Assembly (NCBI GenBank): GCA_963811105.1
Contig: CAWEPZ010000002.1
Location: 384,001 to 448,000, forward strand
Length of the DNA: 64,000 nucleotides
Source: Candidatus Bathyarchaeota archaeon
GTDB taxonomy: Archaea; Thermoproteota; Bathyarchaeia; Bathyarchaeales; Bathycorpusculaceae
Direction of reading: 5' to 3'
Made by a program: the position numbers and the translations under genes. This document shows, one piece after another, positions 31,583-41,420 of this stretch (positions are counted from its first letter, which is position 1; every line of letters starts with the position of its first letter). The notes beneath the pieces were generated by a model, which saw nothing but the letters and a program-made list of their open reading frames with translations, was not told the origin of the DNA and did not search any database.

Positions 31583-32517
31583 AAATCAAGCTAATCATGC
31601 TAATAGGAGGTGAAAGTAATATGAAAATCGAGACAATAAATAATGGCTCTCCAGATAAACAGACATCAAATCATTCAGGTTTAAGGCTCGGGAAGAAGAT
31701 CATTTTAATAGCGGCTGTAGTTGCTGTCGCAGTTATTGTTAGCGCTCTTTTGATTCCGCAGGGAGCCGCCTCAATACCACTTAACGTCAACTATACCGTT
31801 GGAGAAAAGATGGTTTACGATGCCACAATGACAAGTTCTTTTCAATATGGTAATTCGTCTTTGTCAACAGGGATAACTTTTCAATTGCCAAATAATACAA
31901 GTATAAACATGCAGCAAACAATCGAAGTAACTGGTTTCGACGGTGAATACTATACATTAAACCACACAATGACTTTGAGCACGAACAGCAAACCGTTAAG
32001 CATCTCATTAACTGAGAAGATGAATAAGACAGGGTACTCGGCGTATCTGCTTAACCTTGGAAGTACACAACAAGAGATACCTAACAATGGCGTTACAAGT
32101 ACCTCTTATCTTGCACAACTATTAAGCAAGCCAGAGGTCAAAGTTGGAGACTCAGTTGAGGTTCCCTTTCCCAGTGGCAATTCAAGCATTGGGATAACCG
32201 GAGACTTAACGATGACTTTCAAAGGCATACAAGACCTTACGGTTCCCGCAGGAACATTCAAGGTATTTAGAATCGATATAACTAGTAACAGTCTAAAGAT
32301 GAACTACAACTTGCCAATGGGCAGTTTAAGCAACTTTATACCAGCCAATATCACAATGAGCTTAGATATGAACTCTCAAATGTACATTGAATATGGAACA
32401 ATGCGGCAGATAAAATCAAGTATGCAAGAAACGGTTTCGATGCAATCGGCAACACTGAACTACGGAATGAGTACGAATATGGACATGACGCTCGTAGAAC
32501 ATATTGCACCTTCTTAG
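31579..32517 (+). CDS. Membrane-anchored beta-rich extracellular protein (start probably ATG 31621)
   Basis: N-terminal TM; LTVPAGTF motif; Ser/Thr/Asn-rich. Confidence 0.75.
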   Translation: MKIKLIMLIGGESNMKIETINNGSPDKQTSNHSGLRLGKKIILIAAVVAVAVIVSALLIPQGAASIPLNVNYTVGEKMVYDATMTSSFQYGNSSLSTGITFQLPNNTSINMQQTIEVTGFDGEYYTLNHTMTLSTNSKPLSISLTEKMNKTGYSAYLLNLGSTQQEIPNNGVTSTSYLAQLLSKPEVKVGDSVEVPFPSGNSSIGITGDLTMTFKGIQDLTVPAGTFKVFRIDITSNSLKMNYNLPMGSLSNFIPANITMSLDMNSQMYIEYGTMRQIKSSMQETVSMQSATLNYGMSTNMDMTLVEHIAPS

Positions 32518-33001
32518 GAGATGGATTACAATGGCGATAAGACTGTTTGATGCAACTCTAATCGGCTTAATCCTAATTTCCCTACTCTTTTTAGGGATGG
32601 CATTTCTGCTCATTGATATTCCGATATTTAATGCTATTAACCCATTTTTAATACAAATGTCTGTTTTGGGCATGTTTTTAGGCTTGATATTTGGATTGAT
32701 TGTTGGATATTGGTATACTAAACAACAACTAGGAATATTGGCAGAAAAGATTGAATTCAAAGGGCTTGGATTAAGAAAAATGTACTATGCATTGTTTTTG
32801 GGTTTTGCAATATTTCTGGTTTACTCTTTTTTTGTGTTCTATTATCATTCAGTTGTTTTAGGTGATAGTTTAATTACCTTTGTTATTTCAGCTATTTTTA
32901 CAGCTTATGTAATAAGATTAATTCTTGTGTCTTCATGGGAAAAGAGAGCAAAAAAAACTATAATTATGGCTCCAAACAAGTTATACACTGTTCCCAAATA
33001 A
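32504..33001 (+). CDS. Four-TM membrane protein, distant paralog of 30977-31582
   Basis: Similar TM layout and ..(W/Y)EKR.. C-terminal segment. Confidence 0.7.
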   Translation: MHLLRRWITMAIRLFDATLIGLILISLLFLGMAFLLIDIPIFNAINPFLIQMSVLGMFLGLIFGLIVGYWYTKQQLGILAEKIEFKGLGLRKMYYALFLGFAIFLVYSFFVFYYHSVVLGDSLITFVISAIFTAYVIRLILVSSWEKRAKKTIIMAPNKLYTVPK

Positions 33002-33016
33002 TCCTTGGATCTATTT

Positions 33017-33104
33017 GTGTGTGGGGAATTAGGCACTACATACGAGAGGAGCAGGAACCTTAGGCTGCTTAGTCAGGAACCCCGGGGCTTGCCCCGGGGA
33101 GTTC
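33017..33104 (+). mobile_element. Solo IS200/IS605 right-end remnant
   Basis: TGTGGGGA...GAGCAGGAACC...GGAACCCCGGGGCTTGCCCCGGGGAGTTC with hairpin CCCCGGGGC/GCCCCGGGG. Confidence 0.65.
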
Positions 33105-34158
33105 TATTTTCTATGGATCAATTGCGGTCTTCTTCGTTGATTATCTATAATTATTGATAATTTAATTTCCTCCACTTAGTTCAATCGGATTCAATGTGTT
33201 AAAGAAAAATGCTCTCAAAATGAAGTTCAATCGCCTTTAATATGGCTAAATTATATTTTTGCTGCATTATATTGTATGCTGCCGATGTTTTACCTGAGAC
33301 ATTTAAGGTAAAAACTTCTTTTTAAGCCAAATACCCGAAACAATCAGGTCATTTGTCAATGAAGTTGGTCCTAATCCTGATAGGGCTTGGATGTTTGAAT
33401 ATACTGGCGATCTAAAAACGGAATCACCGAAGGTTTAACCAAGTTGTACCAGAAAAATCCTGCAGTTCCTCTTGGAGTATTTAGGTGAATTTGACTTAAC
33501 ATGAGCTGCAGATTTTAAGGTTGAAGGTTGACGGACTTTCCGATTAAAAGATTGCTCGCAAGCTAAAGATGAAAACGCCCAAAATAACCCGTTATAAAAA
33601 GAATGCTCTAAAGAAGCCTTGAGCGGGCTATGGCTGATTTAGAATTTATCAATGGGCTCAAATTTCGGAGGTCGCCTCAATCTGCGATGAACAATCTTTC
33701 AAGGCTTTGTCTGTCAAATAAACATAAGAATTTGGCATTTAACAAGACATTATGAGTTTAACTCGAATTTTTGATGAGGGCTAAGGATAGAAGATATAGC
33801 CAACTTGGGAACATTCACAGATTGCACAGTAGTTAAGCCACAAAATCGCTGGTGGATGTTTGCCAGCGGATTTGACCAGACACATCTAAAAACACGCGTG
33901 TTTCTTGTAGTTTACCCATCCTGTTTGAACCATTGGTATATCTTAAACAACACCAACAACGCCAAATTACCAAATCCTACGCCTATAATTACGAATAACC
34001 CTGACCAGACAAAGTAATCGTACCCAGGCTTCCCAACAATTATAATAAAAATTCCAACAAACGCCAATGACGGAAGCAATAAGCATCATTACTTTTGGAT
34101 TCGCTTTTGACGTCTTACCTTTAGAGTAAATAATAAATGGCTACTTCTTTTTTATCGG

Positions 34159-34563
34159 TTATTCTTTTTCATTTATTGCCATTATTGAGAATTTTATTTG
34201 TTTAACTGGTTTGTTGGCTTTAAGCGCATCAATTAAGCGTCGGAGGCGCTCAGAAGAACCCTTGACCACCATGACTTCTAAGCAGCTTGTTTCAGACAGG
34301 TGAGAATGTAGGTATGCCGTTATCATGTCTTCAAACTCATGCTGTAATCGGAATAGTTCCTTATTCTCTTCAGCTTTTTCATATAGAACCGTTATTGTTG
34401 CAATAACGTTTCCCTTGATTTTGCCTAGTTTAATGTATTGTGTGAGGTACATACGTACTGCTTGCCGGACTACTTCTGATCGGTTGACGCCTCGATCTTC
34501 TCCGAGAATGGTATCTAGTTGTTCCAGTAATTCTTTAGGTAATGAAAGACTAATTATGCTCAC
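34159..34563 (-). CDS. NikR-like metal-responsive RHH regulator
   Basis: IISLSLP RHH; LQHEF and LHSHL..SCLEV metal ligands. Confidence 0.88.
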   Translation of the reverse strand: MSIISLSLPKELLEQLDTILGEDRGVNRSEVVRQAVRMYLTQYIKLGKIKGNVIATITVLYEKAEENKELFRLQHEFEDMITAYLHSHLSETSCLEVMVVKGSSERLRRLIDALKANKPVKQIKFSIMAINEKE

Positions 34564-34694
34564 TAAACTTCACCTTAACTTTAGCTAATTTGTTTTGTTA
34601 GATGCTTGACTTAAATATTGTCTTCATTTCGCCTTAAAATCAAGAATTTGTCTACATAGTTTTGTGACTGTTTTGCAGGTAGCAAAATGCTTCA

Positions 34695-34724
34695 GTTATT
34701 AAAAAAAGTGCAAAATTTAATAAC
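34695..34724. promoter_or_regulatory. NikR-type operator upstream of the ABC operon
   Basis: GTTATTA-N16-TAATAAC perfect palindrome, immediately before a TATA-like TTAATAAATA. Confidence 0.65.
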
Positions 34725-34767
34725 ACTTAATAAATAGTGCTGCTATTTTAATAAAACTGAGATTTAG

Positions 34768-35706
34768 ATGCGAAAAATTACCTATTTAGCTATTGTGGCA
34801 TTAGTAATAGTACTTATTGCTGGAATAGTCATAGGTATATATCTGTTAAATCGTCCGGGAAATAGCTCAAGTTCTCAGTTAAAGATCCTTGCAACATTTT
34901 ATCCCCTTTATGATTTTGCCCAAAATGTGGGGGGCGATAAAGTAAATGTTTCAATACTTGTACCTGAAACAGTAGATGTACACGCTTTTGAACCAACGCC
35001 ATCTTCCATTGCAGAAGTATCAAGCGCAAACGTAATCATTTATAATGGAGCGGGATTAGAACCATGGATTCAAGACGTAATTGGTGCAGCTGAAAACACG
35101 AAACTTGTGCAAGTAGACTCAAGCCAAGGAATCAATCTCGTTCCAGTACCATCACAATTTCAAAGGGGTAACCAAACAATTGACCCTCACATCTGGCTTG
35201 ATCCCCTAAATGCAAAACAACAGGTCAACAATATCCTTCAAGGATTAATCAAAGCTGACCCAGCTGATAGCCAATATTTTACCCAAAATGCCCAAACCTA
35301 TGACGCTAAACTCGACAACTTGAACACTTTAGCCATCAATGCAACTACGAACACAGCGACGAAATACTTTGTAACCTTCCATGAAGCCTTCGCCTACTTC
35401 GCAAAGCAATATAACGTTACTCAACTTGCGATTTCAGGTCCATTCGAGGAAGAACCAACGCCCACTGATATCCAGAACGTAATTAGTGCAATTAACCAAT
35501 ATCACCTCAAATATGTCGGCTTTGAATCGCTTGAAAACCAAGCAATATCCCAGTCCATAGGTAGCCAAACAAACGCGACTCTCATCAACATGAACCCCAT
35601 CGAAGGACTAACAACAGAAGAAAAAGCTGCAGGAGACAACTACGTCACTCTTATGCAACAGGACATAAATAACATTCATTTGGCGTTGACAAATGTCGGA
35701 ACCTAA
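34768..35706 (+). CDS. znuA: Zn/Mn ABC transporter substrate-binding protein
   Basis: DVHAFEPTP, YNGAGLEPW, DPHIWLDP, FHEAFAYF. Confidence 0.92.
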   Translation: MRKITYLAIVALVIVLIAGIVIGIYLLNRPGNSSSSQLKILATFYPLYDFAQNVGGDKVNVSILVPETVDVHAFEPTPSSIAEVSSANVIIYNGAGLEPWIQDVIGAAENTKLVQVDSSQGINLVPVPSQFQRGNQTIDPHIWLDPLNAKQQVNNILQGLIKADPADSQYFTQNAQTYDAKLDNLNTLAINATTNTATKYFVTFHEAFAYFAKQYNVTQLAISGPFEEEPTPTDIQNVISAINQYHLKYVGFESLENQAISQSIGSQTNATLINMNPIEGLTTEEKAAGDNYVTLMQQDINNIHLALTNVGT

Positions 35707-36454
35707 ACCAATCGTCGAAATACGCGATCTCAGCGTTAAGTATCCAAACGGAGTCATGGCTCTCGAAGGCATCAACTTGGACGTAAAACCAAAAGATCTC
35801 ATTGCGCTGATAGGACCCAATGGCGCTGGAAAATCAACGCTCCTAAAAGTTATTCTCGGCTTGACAAAAGCAACAAGCGGCACAATCAAGCTTTTTGGGA
35901 ACTCGGACTTGGGTAAAAATCTCAAGTATGTCGGTTATGTGCCTCAAAGTGCTCAAGCAAGGGATCCAAACTTGCCCTTTAGCGTATATGAGACAGTCAT
36001 GCTTGGAAGAACTCCAGTCGCCGGGCTATTTCACGGGATGAAGGATGAGGACAGGCAGAAGGTTGAGGAAACGCTCAAACTCTTTGGTATTTATGAGCTC
36101 AAAGATAGAAAAATAGGTCAACTCTCCGGTGGGCAGTCTCAACGTGTTTTTTTGGCTAAAGCCATGGTTGCCGAACCTAAGCTGCTCTTGCTTGATGAGC
36201 CGACAAGCGGAGTGGATACTACTTCAAAAAAGGAGTTCTATAACGTTCTTGACCGATTAAACAAGGAGCGGGGAATAACTGTAATTTTATCCTCGCATGA
36301 TATAGGCGTTATAACAAAGATAGCCAATAGAGTTCTTTGCGTAAACAGGTCACAGTTCTTCTGCGGCGAAAATGAAGATTTTGCAGCCGACATTGAGATT
36401 CATAAAGTGTATGATCACCCAGTGGAGCTTATGGAACATGATGATCATCCTTGA
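35693..36454 (+). CDS. znuC: Zn/Mn ABC transporter ATPase
   Basis: GPNGAGKST, LSGGQ, LLDEP, SHD. Confidence 0.93.
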   Translation: MSEPKPIVEIRDLSVKYPNGVMALEGINLDVKPKDLIALIGPNGAGKSTLLKVILGLTKATSGTIKLFGNSDLGKNLKYVGYVPQSAQARDPNLPFSVYETVMLGRTPVAGLFHGMKDEDRQKVEETLKLFGIYELKDRKIGQLSGGQSQRVFLAKAMVAEPKLLLLDEPTSGVDTTSKKEFYNVLDRLNKERGITVILSSHDIGVITKIANRVLCVNRSQFFCGENEDFAADIEIHKVYDHPVELMEHDDHP

Positions 36455-37274
36455 TGTTCTTTCTTTGCTTCAAGCGCCTTTTATTCAACGTGCGTTCATC
36501 ATAAGTATAATTATCGCTGTTCTCAGCTCTATTCTCAGCATTTTTATTGTTTTAAAGAAAATTTCGCTCATAGGCGATGGATTATCTCATACGGCATTTG
36601 GAGGCTTAGCTCTCGGCTACTACCTTAGTGTTTTTCCTTTATGGATAGCTGGAATTACCGTTGTTTTAGGTTCGATAGGAATTAACAAAGCGCTGCGTTC
36701 AACCAAGATTTCTGGTGACGCAGCTGTGGCAGTTTTTCTTCAGTTGGGTCTTGCAGGAGGCATAACTTTGTTGAGCCTTTCAAGGGGTTTTGGTGTTAAT
36801 CTTGAGAGCTTGCTTTTCGGAAGTATTCTGATAGTAAACATGGACCAAATTATAACAGCTGCGGTTGTTGCAGCAATAGCCCTGAGCATAATTTTCATAT
36901 TCTTCAAGGAAATGGTTTACATAACTTTTGATGAAACACAAGCCCGAGCTTCGGGAATCAAAACATGGGTTTTTGACTATCTCTTAAGCATTCTAGCTGG
37001 AGTTGTCGTAATTATTGCCATACCTATAGTTGGTGTACTCTTAATTTCAGCACTCCTTGTTTTGCCCGCATTAATAAGCACTCAAGTTACAAAATCATTT
37101 AGACAAACTGTGATACTATCGCCAATAATTGGCCTAATCACTGTAATATTCGGTATACTGGCATCAGTCATTTTGGACGCAGCGCCTGGAGGAACAATTG
37201 TTCTAGTTGGTTTAGCGATTCTTGCAATAGTTTTTGCGGGAAAAAGAATCCAAGGCCTTGTAACAAAATACTAG
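36438..37274 (+). CDS. znuB: Zn/Mn ABC transporter permease
   Basis: GDGLSHTAFGG, LLFGSIL, TFDE..A..SG, VGVLLISALLVLP. Confidence 0.92.
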   Translation: MMIILDVLSLLQAPFIQRAFIISIIIAVLSSILSIFIVLKKISLIGDGLSHTAFGGLALGYYLSVFPLWIAGITVVLGSIGINKALRSTKISGDAAVAVFLQLGLAGGITLLSLSRGFGVNLESLLFGSILIVNMDQIITAAVVAAIALSIIFIFFKEMVYITFDETQARASGIKTWVFDYLLSILAGVVVIIAIPIVGVLLISALLVLPALISTQVTKSFRQTVILSPIIGLITVIFGILASVILDAAPGGTIVLVGLAILAIVFAGKRIQGLVTKY

Positions 37275-37860
37275 AGGAAGATAAGTTAATTTTAAATCTA
37301 AAAGCGAAGGCAAAAAAAAAACAAACACAAAATTTTAGAGCCCAAATTAGCGCACTAATAGATCTTTTTTTGAGGTTGATTCTAAAGTAATGCTTCCTTT
37401 GATTGATTGGCTTGTTTTTAGTTGTGTTTATTGATTTACTTATTATTCATTGTTTTTTTGGGTAAAGTAGCTTCTTGACGCCTGTTTTCAGATTGTAAGC
37501 CGTACTTAGTCTCTTGGTTGGAAGTTGAAGCATTGAAAACTGTTAGTTTAGAGGGGCTGTTAGAAAAATTTTCTAAGCGTGTTTCTAAGTTGCCAAGCAT
37601 GTTTCAAGAGGTTTTTTTGAAGATTTGGAAACGGCAATTCAGCATCGCTTGATTCTCGATACAGTCTTTTGGGAAAACACGAATTTAGAATCTAGCGAAC
37701 TGAGAAGCAATTTAGCTTGTTTTCTAGAGGAAAAGAGCTCTATTTTTACGCGTTACAAATTAAATCAAGTTTCATTTTCACTCATCCCTCTACTGCCACG
37801 CACTGCAGTATCTTCACTCACTTTTTAAGCGTTTAAGAAATATGAATGAGCCTCAAGTGA

Positions 37861-38094
37861 TTGCATTTGAAAAATAAAACCGCAGGACTACCCGAAGAGG
37901 AAGATCTCTTAGTAGATTTAACGTTTCATGAAGTTCCAGCCTCGATTTTAACCGAGTTTGTGGAAAAAATCGTTAGACCCTGCTATAAAGGCAACTTGAA
38001 TGTTGCTATCCAAGATCTAATTTATAGAGCCATAACCGAACGAGATTTCGTCCTATCCCATGTTACTTATGTTCAGAATTCTGTGAAGGCTTAG
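37861..38094 (+). CDS. Small conserved hypothetical protein; paralog of 3046-3282
   Basis: Direct protein similarity to 3046-3282. Confidence 0.75.
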   Translation: MHLKNKTAGLPEEEDLLVDLTFHEVPASILTEFVEKIVRPCYKGNLNVAIQDLIYRAITERDFVLSHVTYVQNSVKA

Positions 38095-38099
38095 TTGAG

Positions 38100-38410
38100 T
38101 TGGGTAAGACTGTTCCTTCGTATCGTATGGCTTTGGAGTTTGAGATTCATATAGGTGGAAAGGCTTTAGAAATGCTTTGCCAAGCGAGGAAGCACGAGTT
38201 GCCTTTGATGAGTTGATGGATATGTGTAGGTATAATGGGACGGCAAGTGGGGCAGCGTGTAACCTGATAATCTTTGAGCCTATGGTGATGTCGATTCTGT
38301 TAGGTCAGCAAAAGATGTTGCGGGAACTCGAGTACAAGCTAAACGATGTAATTTGGCAAAAAATATGTGCTCAACCTCAAACGGAGACTTCACAGAACCC
38401 GTTCGATTAA
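38100..38410 (+). pseudogene. PolB2-associated small helical protein (arCOG07300-like), 2-nt insertion near 38151
   Basis: Restored MGKTVPSYRMALE.EI.RWKGFRNAL...AFDELM..CR...IFEPM.MSILL. Confidence 0.65.
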
Positions 38411-38533
38411 ATAGGTTTGTGCCTTTTTTTTGACAGTTTTTTGTTGGTGTATTAGGGCTAGTATCGTTAATGCAATATTAAGACATAAAAGCAATTAGTA
38501 TACTACACGATTGGTGTACTGGGTTGACTGCTT

Positions 38534-39001
38534 TTGAGTAAGCAAGATTTTAAGCTTTTGGAGGATGTTAAGCCAGGTGATCTCATTTCTGTTGATTGGT
38601 GTGATGCATCTACTGGGAAAAGTAGTATTAACGGTGGTGCTGTTGATGTTCCGGTGCAGAGCTGGGGTATTTTTCTTGGAGTAATAGCAGGCTGTGTTCA
38701 ACACATCATTTTGGCCCTGAATAGTTTCTCTTTCACTGATACCGTCTTTGACCTAGATTACACCTCTATCCCAGTAGGGTGGACAGTAGGAGTAAAAGTT
38801 CTAGTTCCCGCAAACGTAAACAGAGAAATTGTAGACTGCATGATTCACAGCTCCGCCAAAAGCAATTCAGGACAGTCTCGCTCAAGCATAATCTTATCCA
38901 ATCTCTTAAGCCCACGCTCACCACGGATATTCATGTATCATCGAATGCAGAGAGTGAGGATGAGGATGCCTTGGCAGAAAATCTTATTAAGCGTGCCCTG
39001 A
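38534..39001 (+). CDS. Hypothetical protein of integrated-element type (SH3/Sm-like)
   Basis: PGDLISVDWCDAS...SWGIFLG...DYTSIP. Confidence 0.6.
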   Translation: MSKQDFKLLEDVKPGDLISVDWCDASTGKSSINGGAVDVPVQSWGIFLGVIAGCVQHIILALNSFSFTDTVFDLDYTSIPVGWTVGVKVLVPANVNREIVDCMIHSSAKSNSGQSRSSIILSNLLSPRSPRIFMYHRMQRVRMRMPWQKILLSVP

Positions 39002-39220
39002 CTCGACGCCTACAAATCGGTGGCCGCGCAACACCTGAAGTTGAATTGCCATGAACGCCTAGTTCTGGGCGTGGAATTTGCGATTGCAAAGACCGTTTGC
39101 CTCTCGTTTCTGGAGGTTGCTCGTATGGCTTTTTTGGGCAGTTGGAATAGTAAAGTTTTCGCAGCTATCTCAGGCCTAAATGGAATTATTATCGGGCTAT
39201 TTGTGGAGAAAAAAAATTGA
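38971..39220 (+). pseudogene. Frameshifted small two-TM element protein
   Basis: LAENLIKRALTRR.. continues in another frame as ERLVLGVEFAI..WNSKVFAAISGL. Confidence 0.5.
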
Positions 39221-39245
39221 TGTTTACCGGGTGGAATCAAGCTTA

Positions 39246-39697
39246 ATGGCGAGGGGCAAACCTTGGAGTGTTGAAGATGAAAGGCAACTTCGACAGCTCT
39301 TAACAGAAAAAAGTCTATGCGTTCAATTGCAAAGGTCCTGGGCAAAAGCCTTACCTCTGTATAAATGAAAACATCTCGCTTAGGCTTAGTAGTTGTTGAT
39401 GAGAGTGAAAAAAACACGCCATCAACAACTACCTTTGATAAGTTAGTTTTGCCAGCTGAGTTGCCTTCAATTGAGGAAGGACTCAAGACTTTAGCTGGAG
39501 CCTTGAAAGTGCTTGAAACGCAGAATTTGGATAAGACGGATGTTTTGCGTTTACACAACATCATCCAGAGCGTGAAGGTGTACCAGGAGCTCATAGCGCA
39601 ATACGTCGATTATAGGGGCCTTGAGGCTGAATTGTTAGAATGGAGGGAGAAGTATGCGGATCTCACAAAAGAATCCGCGAACCCTCCGGCCAAATAA
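39246..39697 (+). pseudogene. Disrupted Myb/HTH-like + helical element protein
   Basis: MARGKPWSVEDERQLRQLL, then a frameshift and stop, then RLGL..LPAELPSIEE.LK.L..AL. Confidence 0.6.
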
Positions 39698-40030
39698 ATT
39701 CATTGATACCCGAGACTTAACTCGCCAGGATATTGCCTCTTTACAGACGGATAGAACGCTGATTCACTATTTGACACTATAGCAGTATCCCTAGCAGTAT
39801 TATAATGATGCCGATGACAACAACGATGAGCCCTATCTTCAAGATGGCCTTAATGATTTTTATGCCAACGAAGATTCCTACAACTAGCAACAGAAATCCA
39901 AGCAAAAGCAATAACAAATTCATTCATATCGCCTAAAAAAATTAATCTGTGATCACATTTAAGTGTATATGCTGTGTCTGAATTGATAAGCATCCATGGA
40001 TTCTTATCCAAAGTATTTGGGTTCGTGCTG

Positions 40031-40061
40031 TGAAGCTGAGGATGGGAATTGAACCCATAAC
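40031..40061 (-). other. Isolated tRNA 3' fragment (att-like)
   Basis: Minus strand GTT-ATGGG-TTCAATT-CCCAT-CCTCAGC-T: T-arm, 7-nt acceptor strand and discriminator; no D or anticodon arm upstream. Confidence 0.6.
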
Positions 40062-40261
40062 ACGCTGGCGACATCGCCAATTCTTAATATTCTACGCAGT
40101 CTTTTTCTCTTTTTTGAAACTCTTCTGGATAATGGCAGATCCCAGCTAAGTTGTTCTATAGCTTTAGGTGGCAATCGGTGGCTGACTTGGGACTTTTCTG
40201 TATTCCCTTTTTTACAAAAATTTTTAAGAAACGCCCGCGGCATAAAAGGTGTGGAGTTCGA

Positions 40262-40678
40262 ATGGTTGAGTATTACCAATTACCTTTGCCATCCAGAATT
40301 CCAAAATCGATAATTATATTAGTGGTTTTACTGGTCATCGCAGCAGTAGTGGCTATTCTGCTTTCTCCTTTTCTATCACATGGTCCTGCTGGAAGCCTAT
40401 TTATAACTTTAACTTTGGGGATTTTAACCCTAATTTCCTATATCATCGTCCGCAGCACAGGCCTCAAAGACCAACGCTCTCCAAGACAAAAACGGGTAAC
40501 TACTCTTCTATGCTCTGGTTTTGCGAGCTTTTTTAGCTATGCCGCTTTATCTGTTGTCTTGATGGGTCACCCTATGCATTTTCCGTCTAATCTGCCGCTA
40601 TTGTTAGCCGTAGTCTTAGGTGCTGCCTTAACTGCGTTGATTGCAGACAGTGCTTCAAAGAAGATTGGCTTGTACTAA
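40262..40678 (+). CDS. Four-TM membrane protein
   Basis: ATG 40262 after GGAG; four hydrophobic helices. Confidence 0.65.
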   Translation: MVEYYQLPLPSRIPKSIIILVVLLVIAAVVAILLSPFLSHGPAGSLFITLTLGILTLISYIIVRSTGLKDQRSPRQKRVTTLLCSGFASFFSYAALSVVLMGHPMHFPSNLPLLLAVVLGAALTALIADSASKKIGLY

Positions 40679-41050
40679 CTGACGCATAGTCAAGCCTAAA
40701 TGTAACAATAACAAACCAAAGCATACGATAATGGAGCCTCATTATAGGGGTGATTAAAACCGCTTATCTTCTTTTCTCTGCGTTTGAGCAGCCCTATGAT
40801 TGTCGCCCTGTAATGCCCTTTTATGCTAATTTTCATTTTTTAGTTGTCGTTTGGTGATCACAGGAACCAAGTGTTGCGTTGGCTTACCGTTGTCAGCGAC
40901 TGGAATCATTATAACGGGGTTTAAGCTAGATTTGTATATTATCAGCAATATACAGTAATGGCGCTAACTATTTATCAAGAATACCGAGATTTGAAAATCA
41001 TGAGCTCCACCAAGGGGATTTACTCTTTCTCCATTTAAGAAAATATGTAA

Positions 41051-41420
41051 GGAATAACGAGTGACTAAAATGCTGTTCTGTTTCACCCCCTTCAACCAAA
41101 AGTTGGGAGTGCGGTTTTCAAAGTTGACACATAAAAGCGGTAGAAACGAGGTGCTAAATCAGAAGAGATTCGCAGCCAATGGGCAGGCCCAACTTTTGGC
41201 GATATAGCCACAGGTTGGGGATGTATCCAAAAGAGCTGGGATGGGCTTTTGAGTTGAAGTACGATTCCCTACCCCGTTTAGACTTCAAGGAAGTGTTTTT
41301 CATGGCAATTACCGATCCTCCAGTAGCTTGACTGGCTTATAAAATTGAGCATCACCCGCCACCTTGGGATTGGATTCGAACCCTCTGAGTAGGGAGATGT
41401 CACTCGCATTCCCCATTTTT
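41051..41420 (+). ncRNA. Candidate large structured ncRNA, copy 1
   Basis: Ends pair (CGAGTGAC 41058-65 / GTCACTCG 41399-406); several internal hairpins; TTTAAG at 41034; 3' T-tract; homologous blocks at 42.3-42.6 and 44.55-45.18 kb. Confidence 0.55.

Larger units (their letters stand above)
27218..40061. mobile_element. Decayed integrated element / genomic island inserted at tRNA-Arg (right boundary uncertain)
   Basis: Starts right after the tRNA with co-oriented overlapping small ORFs; broken element-type genes at 38-39.7 kb; tRNA 3' fragment at 40031-40061; no intact integrase seen. Confidence 0.6.

Noticed and set aside
41051-41420. SRP RNA, RNase P RNA or SECIS identity for the structured element
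   Set aside because: No SRP helix-8 motif and no RNase P GAGGAAAGTCC-type motif seen; no in-frame TGA selenoprotein nearby; multiple degenerate copies are unlike these single-copy RNAs.
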